Shown piece by piece: positions 9,846 to 21,576 of a stretch of 64,000 nucleotides of DNA. Every line of letters starts with the position of its first letter. The stretch's first letter is position 1. Made by a program: the position numbers and the translations under genes. The stretch comes from a bacterium (GTDB taxonomy: Bacteria > Patescibacteriota > Minisyncoccia > Moranbacterales > DUUL01), in the NCBI GenBank assembly GCA_018675685.1, contig JABGXP010000007.1, positions 49,283 to 113,282 on the forward strand. The letters run 5' to 3'. The notes under the pieces are model-generated. The model was not told the DNA's origin and did not search any database. It saw nothing but the letters and a program-made list of their open reading frames with translations.

Positions 9846-10508
9846 TTATAAATTGAAAACATTCATTAGCATTACCTTATTCTCAACATCCTCAAGATCT
9901 TTTTTCTTCAGAGAAATTCTTGATAGTTTATCCTTTATTGTTGTGCCTAATTCATTACAAAACTCAGTCTCATCATCAAGCTCTATGGTTAGACCATCAA
10001 TTTTGTAGTGCATAGGGATGATTATCTTTGGCTCAATTTGTCCAACAACCTTTTTTGCTCCCTTGGCATCAAGAGTGTAGGTTCCACCAATGGGAATCAT
10101 AAGAATATCGACATCACCAATTGCATCAATTTGATCTTCCGTTAATTCATGTCCCAAATCTCCAAGGTGACAAACGCGCAAGTCTTCTGTTTCAAAAACA
10201 AAAATTGTGTTTCTTCCACGATCAAGGCCTTCCTTATTGTCATGAAAACTACTAATTCCCTCAATAGTTACTCCTTGAATTGAAAATTCTCCAGGAGAAT
10301 CAGCAACAAAAAAGTCTCCCTTTAGAAGTTCTGTATCGTTATGATCATTATGATTATGTGAAACTGTTACAATATTTGCTTGTCCTTGAGGCCTTCGGAG
10401 TCCAATTGATTTGTCGAAGGGGTCAGTGATGATTACAACGTCTTCACCGCCTCGTTTTGCTTTTGTTTGAATCTTGAAACAAGAGTGGCCATACCAGGAA
10501 ATATTCAT
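9846..10508 (-). CDS. MBL-fold metal-dependent hydrolase (UPF0173/YtkL-like)
   Basis: HNHNDHND (HxHxDH) zinc-binding motif; beta-lactamase-fold spacing of downstream His/Asp residues. Confidence 0.7.
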   Translation of the reverse strand: MNISWYGHSCFKIQTKAKRGGEDVVIITDPFDKSIGLRRPQGQANIVTVSHNHNDHNDTELLKGDFFVADSPGEFSIQGVTIEGISSFHDNKEGLDRGRNTIFVFETEDLRVCHLGDLGHELTEDQIDAIGDVDILMIPIGGTYTLDAKGAKKVVGQIEPKIIIPMHYKIDGLTIELDDETEFCNELGTTIKDKLSRISLKKKDLEDVENKVMLMNVFNL

Positions 10509-10674
10509 GAGTTTCAGTCTTTAATTTTATGTTAACTATTTAATGATAGCAGAAATGAGAGCAAAAGTCTACTAATTTTTGATAATTATTTTTGCAAAGT
10601 AACAAGTAGAATGCAACAATTAGAGGACATTCTTTGGTTTATTTGTCTCTTAAACAAAGGTGTTAAGATTGTGA

Positions 10675-10703
10675 TTGACTTTTATGAGTAAAGATTGTAT
10701 TAT
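10675..10703 (+). promoter_or_regulatory. Sigma-70-like promoter for tRNA-Pro (TTGACT, 17 bp spacer, TATTAT)
   Basis: -35 TTGACT at 10675-10680 and -10 TATTAT at 10698-10703, ~45 bp upstream of the tRNA 5' end. Confidence 0.5.
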
Positions 10704-10748
10704 AGGACTGTTTTAGCCTTTGGTTTAAGAGGCACAATGATAAATATG

Positions 10749-10819
10749 CGGGGCGTGGTGTAACGGTAGCACGAGCGCTTTGGGAGCGTTTAGCCCGAGT
10801 TCGATTCTCGGCGCCCCGA
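10749..10819 (+). tRNA. tRNA-Pro (anticodon UGG)
   Basis: Cloverleaf folded by hand: acceptor CGGGGCG/CGCCCCG with C1:G72, anticodon stem AGCGC/GCGTT, loop TTTGGGA (U33, G37), T-arm CCGAG-TTCGATT-CTCGG; CCA not encoded. Confidence 0.85.
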
Positions 10820-10827
10820 CAAAAGAA

Positions 10828-10860
10828 AAAGACGATGCATGATGCTCGTCTTTTTTATTT
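10828..10860. terminator. Bidirectional rho-independent terminator between tRNA-Pro (+) and trpS (-)
   Basis: Hairpin AAAGACGATGCATGATGCTCGTCTTT followed by TTTTTTATTTT, with an A-run upstream. Confidence 0.65.
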
Positions 10861-10869
10861 TTCCAAAAT

Positions 10870-11985
10870 CTATAAGCCCATCTTTTGTTTCACCTCTTCT
10901 AATTTCCCCGTAGCTATTTTTTTAGTCTGGGTTTTCCCTTGGTCTAGAATTTTCTGGACATTTTCATCGGAAATAGCATTATATCTTTCTTGAAAAGGTG
11001 AAAGAAAAGCAACAATTGATTCAGCAAGCTCTTCTTTGAATTCTTTAAAACCTTTTCCTTTAAAGTGAGTCACAAGTTCCTCAGGAGTTTTGTCTGAAGT
11101 TAGTGAAAAAATATTCAAGAGATTTTTAATAGCCGGTCGCTCATCTGTGTATTCAATGGTATTGCCACTGTCAGTAACAGCTTTTTTGATTTTATTTCTG
11201 ATTTCATCCGCTGAATCCAGAAGGTCGATTCTATTATATTCAGAAGGTGCAGATTTTGACATTTTCTTGTTAGGGTCATCAAGCCCCATAATTCGCTTTC
11301 CTTCTTTCTTTGTATATTTCTCTGGAATTTTAAAAGTTTCACCAAAACGATCATTAAATCTTCTGGCTAATCTTCTAGTGAGTTCAATATGCTGCTCTTG
11401 ATCCTTCCCGACAGGAACTAAGTCAGTATTATACAGAAGAATATCAGCTGCCATGAGAACAGGGTAGTCATAAAGACCAACGCTGACAGAATTGAATTGT
11501 TCCTTGAAGTTTTTAAATTCTGCAAGGGTGAGTTTTGCAATAATATTTTTTAACTCTTTATTTGTTTTCTCTTTCATGTTTGAAATCTCCGCTTTTGCAT
11601 TTTCAGTAAGATATTTTTCTAATTTATCAAAATCAGCTCCTGATTTTTGCTTGAACTGAGTCATTTTGGTTAAATCTCCGTTTTGCGTGATGGTGTTTAA
11701 CAGCCATGCCAACTCTGTGTGTTCGGTTACGTCTGATTGCACAAAAATAGTTGATTTGGCAGGATCGATTCCAGCGGCTAGGTATATTTTCGCGACTTCA
11801 ATAATTCTTTTGCGTAATTCCTGTGGATCCTGTGGAGTTGTGATTGCATGCAGATCAACCACGCAAAAGAAGGAATTGTGAGATTCTTGAAGCTGCACCC
11901 AGTTTTTAATCGCACCGAGATAATTTCCAAGGTGAAGGCTTCCCGAAGGTTGAATCCCTGAAAAAATAATTGGATTGTTTTCCAT
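10870..11985 (-). CDS. trpS: Tryptophan--tRNA ligase
   Basis: GIQPSGSLHLGNYLGA (HIGH region), KMSKS motif, strong collinearity with bacterial TrpRS; ~40-aa lineage-specific insertion. Confidence 0.9.
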   Translation of the reverse strand: MENNPIIFSGIQPSGSLHLGNYLGAIKNWVQLQESHNSFFCVVDLHAITTPQDPQELRKRIIEVAKIYLAAGIDPAKSTIFVQSDVTEHTELAWLLNTITQNGDLTKMTQFKQKSGADFDKLEKYLTENAKAEISNMKEKTNKELKNIIAKLTLAEFKNFKEQFNSVSVGLYDYPVLMAADILLYNTDLVPVGKDQEQHIELTRRLARRFNDRFGETFKIPEKYTKKEGKRIMGLDDPNKKMSKSAPSEYNRIDLLDSADEIRNKIKKAVTDSGNTIEYTDERPAIKNLLNIFSLTSDKTPEELVTHFKGKGFKEFKEELAESIVAFLSPFQERYNAISDENVQKILDQGKTQTKKIATGKLEEVKQKMGL

Positions 11986-12150
11986 ATTTACAAAAATAAA
12001 AGTTAAATTCTTTCTTCATAATACTTTAATTGAAGGTGGTTTGCAATAATTATTTTTAAAAAATAAAATAAAGCATAAATTTTATTTATACTGAAAAATA
12101 TAGTATAATGAAAGACAGTGTTTAAATAGGAGAAGTAAAAATAAAAAAAA

Positions 12151-13188
12151 ATGGAAAGAAGAAACGAAGCTTTTGAAAACTTAATTCCAGATCCTAAAAA
12201 ACCAACACTAAATGAATATTATGAGAAGTTTAAAATAAGCTTCCGTCGGATTTGGAAAAATCGTTTTTTGTGGTTTTGGGGGATGTTTTTACCTGGTTCT
12301 GCTGGAATAGGCTTCAATGTTGAAGAGCAGCTTTCAAAATTAAAACCAGAACAAATAAACAGTTGGCAAACATTTATTGAAAGTAATTTTGAATCGATAG
12401 CCTTTCTTTCTGCAGTAGTCTTGCTTTTTTGGATTTTTATTTGGTGCATTTCTACCATTTCTCGTTCGGGGGTTATTCAGTCACTGAACTGTTTGCATAA
12501 TCCCAAAAATAGAAGAAAATTAGATTGCGGCAGAGTCTGGAAGATGGGTAAAAAAGACTTCAAAAATCTTTTATTGCTAGACTTTTTCATTGGATTAGCT
12601 ATTTTGATTGTATTTTTAATTCTGTTTACTCCTGTGGCGATTATGATTCTAACGGGCAATCAAGCAGGAGCGATATTCATTTTTATCATACTTTTAATTT
12701 TCTTTTTCTTTTTCATGGTTTTTATGAATTATTTATTACAAATTTCTACAATTTACGTTGTTTTAGCAAATTTAGAAATTTTTATAGCAATTAAACTTGC
12801 CTCAAGATTGATAATGAGAAATCTATTCGAAACAGCGAAATTATTTTCAATTTTCTTTTTGATAGGGGTATTACAGGGAACGGTCTTTCTATTGGCTATC
12901 ACAGCGATAATGCCTTTTTGGGGAAAAATGATGAATCTTTGGTTTGCCTTATATGAAAACTCTTTTTCTGAGTGGATCTTGTTTAGCTCTGTCTTAGTAA
13001 TAGTGTTAACAGTCTTATTTCTTTTTACGAAAATAATATTTTCACTTTGGATCCAAGATATTTGGCTTTGGTGGGTGCAGGAAATTGGGGGTAATAAGAT
13101 TGAGCTAGAAGAGAAGAAACTAATTCAAGAGGAGAAACTAATGAAGATGGGCGTTGCAATAGGTGCTAAAAGTGCAATCGGTAGTTAA
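12151..13188 (+). CDS. Hypothetical polytopic membrane protein
   Basis: Multiple hydrophobic helices, poly-Phe/Ile stretches; no catalytic motif recognised. Confidence 0.3.
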   Translation: MERRNEAFENLIPDPKKPTLNEYYEKFKISFRRIWKNRFLWFWGMFLPGSAGIGFNVEEQLSKLKPEQINSWQTFIESNFESIAFLSAVVLLFWIFIWCISTISRSGVIQSLNCLHNPKNRRKLDCGRVWKMGKKDFKNLLLLDFFIGLAILIVFLILFTPVAIMILTGNQAGAIFIFIILLIFFFFFMVFMNYLLQISTIYVVLANLEIFIAIKLASRLIMRNLFETAKLFSIFFLIGVLQGTVFLLAITAIMPFWGKMMNLWFALYENSFSEWILFSSVLVIVLTVLFLFTKIIFSLWIQDIWLWWVQEIGGNKIELEEKKLIQEEKLMKMGVAIGAKSAIGS

Positions 13189-13210
13189 TAAAAATAGTTA
13201 AGTTTAAAAC

Positions 13211-14185
13211 ATGGAGATTATTATTTGGACAGCAATTTTCTTTTTCAGTCTCACGATTCTAGTTAAGGCCTCTGATTTTTTTACTGACGCTGCTGAAGAG
13301 ATCGGACTATTTTTTAAATTACAGCCTTTTTTGATTGGAGTTACGATTGTTGCACTAGGAACATCTTTACCAGAACTAGTATCTTCACTATTTGCTTTGC
13401 ATAGTGGTGCTTCAGAAATTGTTTCAGGGAATGTCGTGGGGTCTAATATTACAAATATTTGTCTAGTGTTAGGTATAACAGCTGTTGTGGGAAAAAAGAT
13501 GAAACTGGACTACGAGATTCTCAATGTAGATTTACCTCTTTTGATTAGCTCTGCTTTTATTCTAGGTATCACGATCTATGATGGTAAGTTTACATTCTGG
13601 GAAGCTGTTCTATGTTTGGTTGGGATAATAATTTATTTTGTTAGAATTGTTTCTTCGGAAAAGAAAGGCGAAAAAGCTAAGCAAAAAGGAGAGCAGTTAG
13701 AGAAATACCTCAAGAAGGAGCTCCACTGGACTAAAAAAATACCGATTAAAGAGTTCATTACTCTAATTATTGCAGGTGTTTTTATTTTTCTAAGCGCAAA
13801 GTATACAGTTGATGCTGCTGTGAAAGTTTCTGAACTATTGAATATTGGGGCAGAAATTATAGCTGCTTCGATTATTGCACTCGGAACTTCTTTGCCAGAG
13901 TTAGCGGTTAGTTTGACTGCAGCGAAGAAAGGAAAGGCTGAAATAGCAGTTGGGAATATTCTAGGCTCTAATATTTTTAATGCACTTGGAGTGATGGGTA
14001 TCACAGGGTTATTCGGCGTATTAATAATTCCTCAGAGCATTCTTATTTTTGGTCTGCCTCTTATGGTTATTACGACATTTGTTGTATTGTTTGTCACCCA
14101 AGATAAGGAGGTGACAAAATGGGAGGGATACTTTCTTTTACTTTTCTACGTCTTTTATATTGGAAAAATATTCAACATACTATAA
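13211..14185 (+). CDS. Na+/Ca2+ exchanger family (CaCA, YrbG-like) membrane protein
   Basis: Two alpha-repeat motifs GTSLPELVSSLFA...GNVVGSNITNI and GTSLPELAVSLTAA...GNILGSNIFN. Confidence 0.75.
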   Translation: MEIIIWTAIFFFSLTILVKASDFFTDAAEEIGLFFKLQPFLIGVTIVALGTSLPELVSSLFALHSGASEIVSGNVVGSNITNICLVLGITAVVGKKMKLDYEILNVDLPLLISSAFILGITIYDGKFTFWEAVLCLVGIIIYFVRIVSSEKKGEKAKQKGEQLEKYLKKELHWTKKIPIKEFITLIIAGVFIFLSAKYTVDAAVKVSELLNIGAEIIAASIIALGTSLPELAVSLTAAKKGKAEIAVGNILGSNIFNALGVMGITGLFGVLIIPQSILIFGLPLMVITTFVVLFVTQDKEVTKWEGYFLLLFYVFYIGKIFNIL

Positions 14186-14250
14186 TGGTATAAAGAATTC
14201 AAAAAACACCAGTCCAAAACTGGTGTTTTTTATTTTTAAGGTAACTTATT

Positions 14251-15768
<1,518 letters not shown>

Positions 15769-15845
15769 TTAGTAATTTAAAGGCTATAATAAAATATAAT
15801 TTAAATTATACTGGAGAATTTATTTTTTATCAATTAAAAGGCAAT

Positions 15846-17669
15846 ATGAAACATATCGCAATCTTAGATTTTGGATCACAATATACACACCTTATAGCGA
15901 GGACCATTCGTGAATTAGGTGTGTTGGCAAAAATATACAACAATGATGTTTCAATAGAAGATTTGAAAGGAAAAGCTAGTGGTATAATTCTCTCTGGTGG
16001 ACCACAATCCGTGTTTGGCAAGGAGAGCTTGCGAATAGAAAAAGGAGTTCTGGAAATGAGAGTTCCAGTTTTGGGAATTTGCTATGGACACCAACTTCTG
16101 GCCCATATTTTAGGTGGTGTCGTGAAGACGGGGAATGTTGGAGAGTATGGAAAGGCAGAGCTTGGGATAGTGGGGAGGAGTAAAATTTTTGAGGGAATTT
16201 CAAGTGGTTCACAAGTTTGGATGAGTCACGGTGATTCTGTCACAAAAGTGCCTCAAGATTTTGAGGCTATAGGAGAGACAACGGATTGTGAGATCACAGC
16301 AATGGCAAACAATAAGAGAAAGATATTTGGTCTTCAGTTCCATCCGGAAGTAGCACATTCGGAAAAAGGAGTCAAAATGATTGAAAACTTTGTACTTGAT
16401 ATTTGCGATTCCAAAAAAGATTGGAAGATTGAGAACATTGCAGATGAGCTAATCGAGAAAATTAAAAAGCAGGTTGTCGAAAGAAAGGTTTTTATTTTGG
16501 TGAGCGGTGGGGTTGATTCAAATGTTGCATTTGCGCTTCTGACCAAAGCTCTGGGTGAGGATAGAGTGAAAGGTTTGTATATAAACACTGGTTTCATGAG
16601 ACAAGATGAGTCAAAAAGAATAATGAAACGATTCAAGCACATGGGGTTTTCTAATTTGGAAATTATGGACGCAGGTGGAATGTTTTTTGAAAAACTTGTA
16701 GATGTTTATGAGCCAGAGGAGAAAAGGACAATCATTGGTAGAGCTTTTTTGGATGCAAAGGATTTGGCAGCAGAAAAGATGGGATTGGATGTGGATCAAT
16801 GGCTTTTGGGGCAAGGAACAATCTACCCTGATACAATCGAATCTGGAGGAACAAAGAATTCAAATAAAATAAAAACACATCACAACAGGGTTGATGCCAT
16901 AACTAAGATGCTCGAAAAAGGGCTTATCATTGAACCAATAGTTGACTTGTATAAGGATGAAGTGCGAAAGATTGGAAGGTTATTAAATCTGCCAAAAGAA
17001 TTAGTTGATAGGCATCCTTTCCCTGGCCCAGGTCTTGCAATCAGGTGTCTATGTTGGGATGTTGGTAAGAGGGATGAAGTTGACATAGCGCAAATTGATA
17101 AAAAAATTGAAGAATTTTGCATTGAAAAGAAATTTGATATCTTTTCAAAAATATTGCCGATTAAATCTGTTGGAGTGCAGGGTGATAATCGTACATATGC
17201 TCATCCCCTGGTGGTTTTTGGTGAGAATGACTGGGATAGACTAAGTGAAATTTCCTCGGCTATTACAAACGCCAATAAAGAGGTCAATAGAGTTGTCTTA
17301 TTGTTGAACAAGAAAGAAAAAGAAAATCCAATTTTTTACCTATCGAAAAAATCAATTTTTTTGTCAAAAGGCAGAATTGAATTACTTAGAAAAATCGACC
17401 GTATTGTTTCAGATATAATAAGAGATAGAAATATTTACGCAGACATCGATCAATTTCCAGTTGTGTTAGTTCCGATTTGTGATAAACATGGCAGAGAGTC
17501 AATTGTGCTGCGACCTATTAATACGAGAGATTTCATGACGCTCCAGTTTTATAAAATGCAAAAGGATGTATTAATTGAAATCGTCAAAGAGATTGATAAA
17601 GTTGAAGAAATAAGTTATATATTCTTTGATGTAACGAATAAGCCGCCTGGAACGACTGAGTGGGAATAA
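15846..17669 (+). CDS. guaA: GMP synthase (glutamine-hydrolysing)
   Basis: GATase domain (ILDFGSQYTHLIARTIRELGV, GICYGHQLL), PP-loop SGGVDS, C-terminal ...PPGTTEWE; start at MKHIAIL (15846); longer than typical (608 aa) owing to an insertion near the C-terminal dimerisation domain. Confidence 0.85.
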   Translation: MKHIAILDFGSQYTHLIARTIRELGVLAKIYNNDVSIEDLKGKASGIILSGGPQSVFGKESLRIEKGVLEMRVPVLGICYGHQLLAHILGGVVKTGNVGEYGKAELGIVGRSKIFEGISSGSQVWMSHGDSVTKVPQDFEAIGETTDCEITAMANNKRKIFGLQFHPEVAHSEKGVKMIENFVLDICDSKKDWKIENIADELIEKIKKQVVERKVFILVSGGVDSNVAFALLTKALGEDRVKGLYINTGFMRQDESKRIMKRFKHMGFSNLEIMDAGGMFFEKLVDVYEPEEKRTIIGRAFLDAKDLAAEKMGLDVDQWLLGQGTIYPDTIESGGTKNSNKIKTHHNRVDAITKMLEKGLIIEPIVDLYKDEVRKIGRLLNLPKELVDRHPFPGPGLAIRCLCWDVGKRDEVDIAQIDKKIEEFCIEKKFDIFSKILPIKSVGVQGDNRTYAHPLVVFGENDWDRLSEISSAITNANKEVNRVVLLLNKKEKENPIFYLSKKSIFLSKGRIELLRKIDRIVSDIIRDRNIYADIDQFPVVLVPICDKHGRESIVLRPINTRDFMTLQFYKMQKDVLIEIVKEIDKVEEISYIFFDVTNKPPGTTEWE

Positions 17670-17746
17670 CTGTTTTGCTGCTAGATTCAACAGAAGGAAT
17701 AAGCCGTTAAGTGGGTTTTGATTCGGAATAAAAACAGAATAAAAAA

Positions 17747-19210
17747 GTGGTGCTGATGGTTTTGAATAATAAATATAAACACATGAGAGAATTTTTTACA
17801 GAAATAAGGAAAGAGCGAGAAAAGATCAAGGAAAACAAAAGGGATAAGCATGGAAGATACCGTGTTAATAAAGCTGATTATGAAACAATATTAATCCATA
17901 ACATTCCTTATTTTTTTACTTGTGATGAAGCTGATAAACTCAAATATTTTAAGAATCATTCGATTGTGATTAAAGAGGGGATTATTCTGGAAGTAAAGCC
18001 GAAAGAAGAATTGGACCCGAATGATTTTGATCTTGTCTATGATGCTGGCAAACGAGGAGGGACTGTTATTACACCAGGCTTTATTAATGCTCATGCTCAT
18101 CCCCCAATGTATCTCCTGCGAAGCTCAATGGATTTAGACGAAGGGGATAATATTGATGAAACTTTAGATAAGTTACCTAAGTGGGAATCAAAAATGACCG
18201 AGGAAGACCTAGCTCTTAGCACAGTGGGGGATTTAACGGAGCAACAAAAATTTGGAGTGACAACAACCTTTAGTCACTATAACTGCTTTGATCCAATCGA
18301 GGCAGCAGCAAAACTAACAAACCAAAATGTTATCAATGGGATCAGTGTTGCTTCGCACGTGTCACCTGAAAACTCCCCAGCGCTAATTGAAAAACTTCTA
18401 AAAGGGAAAAACAATTCACACTCAAAATTAGCTATGGCTGTTCATTATTTATACAAAGCTAGTCCAGAAGTGCTAGAAAAGGTGAGAGAATTAATCAAAA
18501 AGCATGACTTACTTTTTACATGTCACATGTCCGAGAGCGAGAGAGTTGTTGAGGAGACACTAAAAAATCATAAAATGAGAGAAGTGGAGGTCCTGGAACA
18601 TTATGGTCTTTTAAATAAAAATACAATTCTTTCTCACGCGATTCATTTGCGGGATGAAGAAATAGCTCGTGTCACGAAAGCTGAAGTAGGGATTGTTCAT
18701 TTACCAACTTCGAACAGGATTCACAAGAGCGGAGTATTTCCATACTGGAAGTATCATGACATGGGTGGATTTAAAAATATTGCACTTGGAACTGACAGCG
18801 TTGTGTCTAAAAGCCGCTTAGATATCTTGACAGAGGCATACCGAGCAAGAACGACTCATCTTTATATAAAGACAATTAAATTTGGTTCGTTGTTTAAAAT
18901 GATGACAATTAATGCTGCAAAAATTCTAAATATGCCTAAACACGGAAAAATTTTGCCAGGCTATAAAGCCGATCTTGTCTTTTGGAAACTAAAAGATCGT
19001 GGTTTTGTGCCATTTGATAGAAACAATCCCTTCACCTTAATTGGAAATATAATCACACATAGCGGACGTGTTGCTCGTGATGTGATGATAGGTGGACATT
19101 TTGTGATTCGTTCAAGAAAACATCTCCTAGTCAATGAGAGTAGACTGTTAGATATTTTACAAGAAAAACATATGTGTATGAGGGAGAAAATAAAAACAGA
19201 TCAAGATTGA
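17747..19210 (+). CDS. Amidohydrolase-family metal-dependent deaminase (guanine/MTA/SAH deaminase-like)
   Basis: PGFINAHAHPPM HxH metal-binding motif, downstream His/Asp pattern (HLPTSN...GTDS); adjacent to guaA suggests purine salvage. Confidence 0.55.
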   Translation: MVLMVLNNKYKHMREFFTEIRKEREKIKENKRDKHGRYRVNKADYETILIHNIPYFFTCDEADKLKYFKNHSIVIKEGIILEVKPKEELDPNDFDLVYDAGKRGGTVITPGFINAHAHPPMYLLRSSMDLDEGDNIDETLDKLPKWESKMTEEDLALSTVGDLTEQQKFGVTTTFSHYNCFDPIEAAAKLTNQNVINGISVASHVSPENSPALIEKLLKGKNNSHSKLAMAVHYLYKASPEVLEKVRELIKKHDLLFTCHMSESERVVEETLKNHKMREVEVLEHYGLLNKNTILSHAIHLRDEEIARVTKAEVGIVHLPTSNRIHKSGVFPYWKYHDMGGFKNIALGTDSVVSKSRLDILTEAYRARTTHLYIKTIKFGSLFKMMTINAAKILNMPKHGKILPGYKADLVFWKLKDRGFVPFDRNNPFTLIGNIITHSGRVARDVMIGGHFVIRSRKHLLVNESRLLDILQEKHMCMREKIKTDQD

Positions 19211-19237
19211 TGTGTGATTTTTAAAAAATATATAACA

Positions 19238-19262
19238 AAAAACAGCCAAGAAGCTGTTTTTT
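19238..19262. terminator. Bidirectional terminator (AAACAGCcaagaaGCTGTTTTTT)
   Basis: 7-bp stem with T-run on the + strand and T-rich tail on the - strand; sits between the deaminase gene end and the tRNA-Val 3' end. Confidence 0.55.
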
Positions 19263-19272
19263 GTTAGTCGGT

Positions 19273-19345
19273 GGATGCTAAGAGATTCGAACTCCTGACC
19301 CCCTCGGTGTAAACGAGGTGCTCTAACCAACTGAGCTAAGCATCC
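19273..19345 (-). tRNA. tRNA-Val (anticodon UAC)
   Basis: Reverse complement GGATGCTTAGCTCAGTTGGTTAGAGCACCTCGTTTACACCGAGGGGGTCAGGAGTTCGAATCTCTTAGCATCCA; anticodon loop TTTACAC; T-arm GGAGTTCGAATCTC. Confidence 0.85.
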
Positions 19346-19397
19346 ATAGTTTTTGAAGGGCTGTTCTTTTCTCTCTGGCATTTTTTAAAAAAGAGTG

Positions 19398-19481
19398 TGC
19401 CCCGAGAGAGATTTGAACTCTCATGCGCACAAGGCGCCACGGCCCTCAACCGTGCGTGTATACCAATTCCCCCATCGGGGC
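19398..19481 (-). tRNA. tRNA-Leu (anticodon GAG), type II with long variable arm
   Basis: Reverse complement GCCCCGATGGGGGAATTGGTA...CACGGTTGAGGGCCGTG...GAGAGTTCAAATCTCTCTCGGGGCA; anticodon loop TTGAGGG; 84 nt. Confidence 0.8.
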
Positions 19482-19518
19482 GCCTGCTTTTAATGTTCAG
19501 ACTAGGAAACAAGAATGA

Positions 19519-19938
19519 TTACTTCTCTTCCTCCTTTTTCTTCTCTGGTTTCTGATTCATTCCCTTAATCATTTCCTCCTCCTCTTTTGTTACATCAATC
19601 GCTTTCATTTTAGCTGATTTTCCAGATCGTTCTCTCATGTAGTAAATTTTAGAACGTCTGACTTTGCTGTGTCGAAGAATTTCAATTTTTTCTACAGTTG
19701 GCATGTAAATTGGGAAGGTCACCTCAACACCAATTTTCTGAGACTCTCTTCTAACTGTAATTGTAGGAGAAGAGCTTTGCATGCCTTTAATAGCGATTAT
19801 AAGTCCTTTGAAGACCTGAACTCTCTCTTTGTCTCCCTCTTTAATTTTTTTGTGAACACGAACAATATCACCGACCTGAAGTTTAGGTAGCTCTTTTGTT
19901 TGTTGTGATTTGTTGAAATCAATAACTTTCTGATCCAT
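19519..19938 (-). CDS. rplS: 50S ribosomal protein L19 with K/E-rich C-terminal extension
   Basis: Collinear with bacterial L19 (GDIVRVH...ERVQVFKGLIIAIKG...ITVRR...GVEVTFPIYMP...KVRRSKIYYMRERSGKSAK). Confidence 0.85.
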   Translation of the reverse strand: MDQKVIDFNKSQQTKELPKLQVGDIVRVHKKIKEGDKERVQVFKGLIIAIKGMQSSSPTITVRRESQKIGVEVTFPIYMPTVEKIEILRHSKVRRSKIYYMRERSGKSAKMKAIDVTKEEEEMIKGMNQKPEKKKEEEK

Positions 19939-20095
19939 ATAGAAAGGTTGTAAAGTCTTAAAAAAGCTTTCTGAAAAGCTTTATCAAAGATAGCCTATTT
20001 TTTTGATTTGGTCAAGGACTTAGCTGATCAATGTATTTAGAGAATTTTTTACGATATGTTACTATAAGAGCAAATAATAAAATAATATCATACAG

Positions 20096-20503
20096 ATGGT
20101 GAAAGAAAGTATAATCAAAGAGAAAAAAGGAGCAAATTTTTTTGGCTTTGAAGCTATTGATGAAGCTGGGAGAGTTCATCATAATCTTGCTGTAATACGC
20201 GGGAATGGAACATTAAAATTAACCAGCAGTGCACTTATTTTTGAACGTTGGTTGCCAAAAAAAACTTTTAGTATACCCCTTGAAAAAATTGAAAAGATTG
20301 AGATAAAGAGAATACACAATCTTAAAACAAAGTTGCTCCCAATTTTAAGGGTATATTTCGCAGGTCAAGAAAGTTTTCAAATTTTAGGTGTCTGCCTAGG
20401 ATTTAAAAAGGCAACAATGGAATGGCAAGAGGAGATCGAGAAGGCTATGGTTGTTAGTGGAAAAAATATTGCTAAAGATAATATTAAAAACCAAAATGAC
20501 TAA
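20096..20503 (+). CDS. Hypothetical protein (possible bacterial PH/GRAM-like fold)
   Basis: 135 aa, no TM; coding-like composition; converges on and overlaps the RluA-family gene by 4 bp. Confidence 0.3.
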   Translation: MVKESIIKEKKGANFFGFEAIDEAGRVHHNLAVIRGNGTLKLTSSALIFERWLPKKTFSIPLEKIEKIEIKRIHNLKTKLLPILRVYFAGQESFQILGVCLGFKKATMEWQEEIEKAMVVSGKNIAKDNIKNQND

Positions 20504-21441
20504 AAACCATCAAAAAATTCTTCAGGGATGGGCGAGTTAAACTCGTATTTTTTTCCATCAGCATAAGAAAATTTAAGTTGACTTGCATGGAGAAGGAATC
20601 TCTTAAAATCCTTATTTTCTTGCGTGTGTTTCTCTAGCTGATACATTTTGTCACCAACAATTGGATGCCCGATTGAATGTAGGTGAACTCTGATCTGATG
20701 TTTCCTGCCCGTTTTTGGCATTGTTAAAATTAGCGATTTTGTTTTATCCAAAGATTCTTTTTGTAGTTTATATTTCGTTAAAGCCTGCTTGGCGCTCCCT
20801 AATTTAGAAGCATATTTACTAGTAGATTGTTTTAAGGGGTTTGATTTTGATCTTCCAATATATAGACTTACCAAGCCTTCTTTTTTTGAGAGAGTGCCCC
20901 AACAAATAGCTGAATATTGTTTTATGACACCATGATTTTTAAAGAGATCCTTGAAGAAATCAAAAGCAGTTTGATTTTTTGGAACAATAAGTAAACCAGA
21001 AGTATATTTATCTAGTCGGTGCACTATTCCTGGTCGCATCGGGTTTTCACCAATATTTTGGAGTTTTGGAAATTTTGCTATTAAGCCATTTGCCAATGTT
21101 TCATCCGGCTCTTTCTCTGAAGGGTGTACGGATATTCCAGCAGGTTTTTCGATGATTAAAAAATCAGAATGTTCATACAGAACATTAATCTCAATGTTTG
21201 AATTGGCAATTGTTTTTCTAATTGTTTCCTGAAAGGAAATATCTACTTCTATTTTGTCATGCTCTCTTGTGACATAATTAGGTTTCGTTTTTTCACCATT
21301 CACTAAGACATTACCCCCTTTAATTTCTTTTTTGAAATTTTCTCGCGTTATTTGCGTAAAATTTTGAGCAAGAAGTTTGTCGATCCTTGTTCCTGATTGT
21401 TGAAGAGGCGTGAAGGTTTCTTGAATTTTATTTAAATGCAT
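20500..21441 (-). CDS. RluA-family pseudouridine synthase with N-terminal S4 domain (RluD/RluC-like)
   Basis: S4 motif (GNVLVNGEKTKPNYVTREHDKI), catalytic HRLDKYTSGLLIV motif. Confidence 0.8.
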   Translation of the reverse strand: MHLNKIQETFTPLQQSGTRIDKLLAQNFTQITRENFKKEIKGGNVLVNGEKTKPNYVTREHDKIEVDISFQETIRKTIANSNIEINVLYEHSDFLIIEKPAGISVHPSEKEPDETLANGLIAKFPKLQNIGENPMRPGIVHRLDKYTSGLLIVPKNQTAFDFFKDLFKNHGVIKQYSAICWGTLSKKEGLVSLYIGRSKSNPLKQSTSKYASKLGSAKQALTKYKLQKESLDKTKSLILTMPKTGRKHQIRVHLHSIGHPIVGDKMYQLEKHTQENKDFKRFLLHASQLKFSYADGKKYEFNSPIPEEFFDGF

Positions 21442-21576
21442 AAAAAAGTAAAAAGTTTTAATGGTCTATATATTAACAATAGCCTAGAAGGAAAAGTTTT
21501 TCAATTTTAAAAAACAACACCCTGAGACATATTGCTATTGTCTCAGGGTGAGTAGCGCTTTGCGCTGATAATTTTT

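Noticed and set aside
19157-19381. 74-aa minus-strand ORF
   Set aside because: Overlaps tRNA-Val and the terminator; no coding signal.
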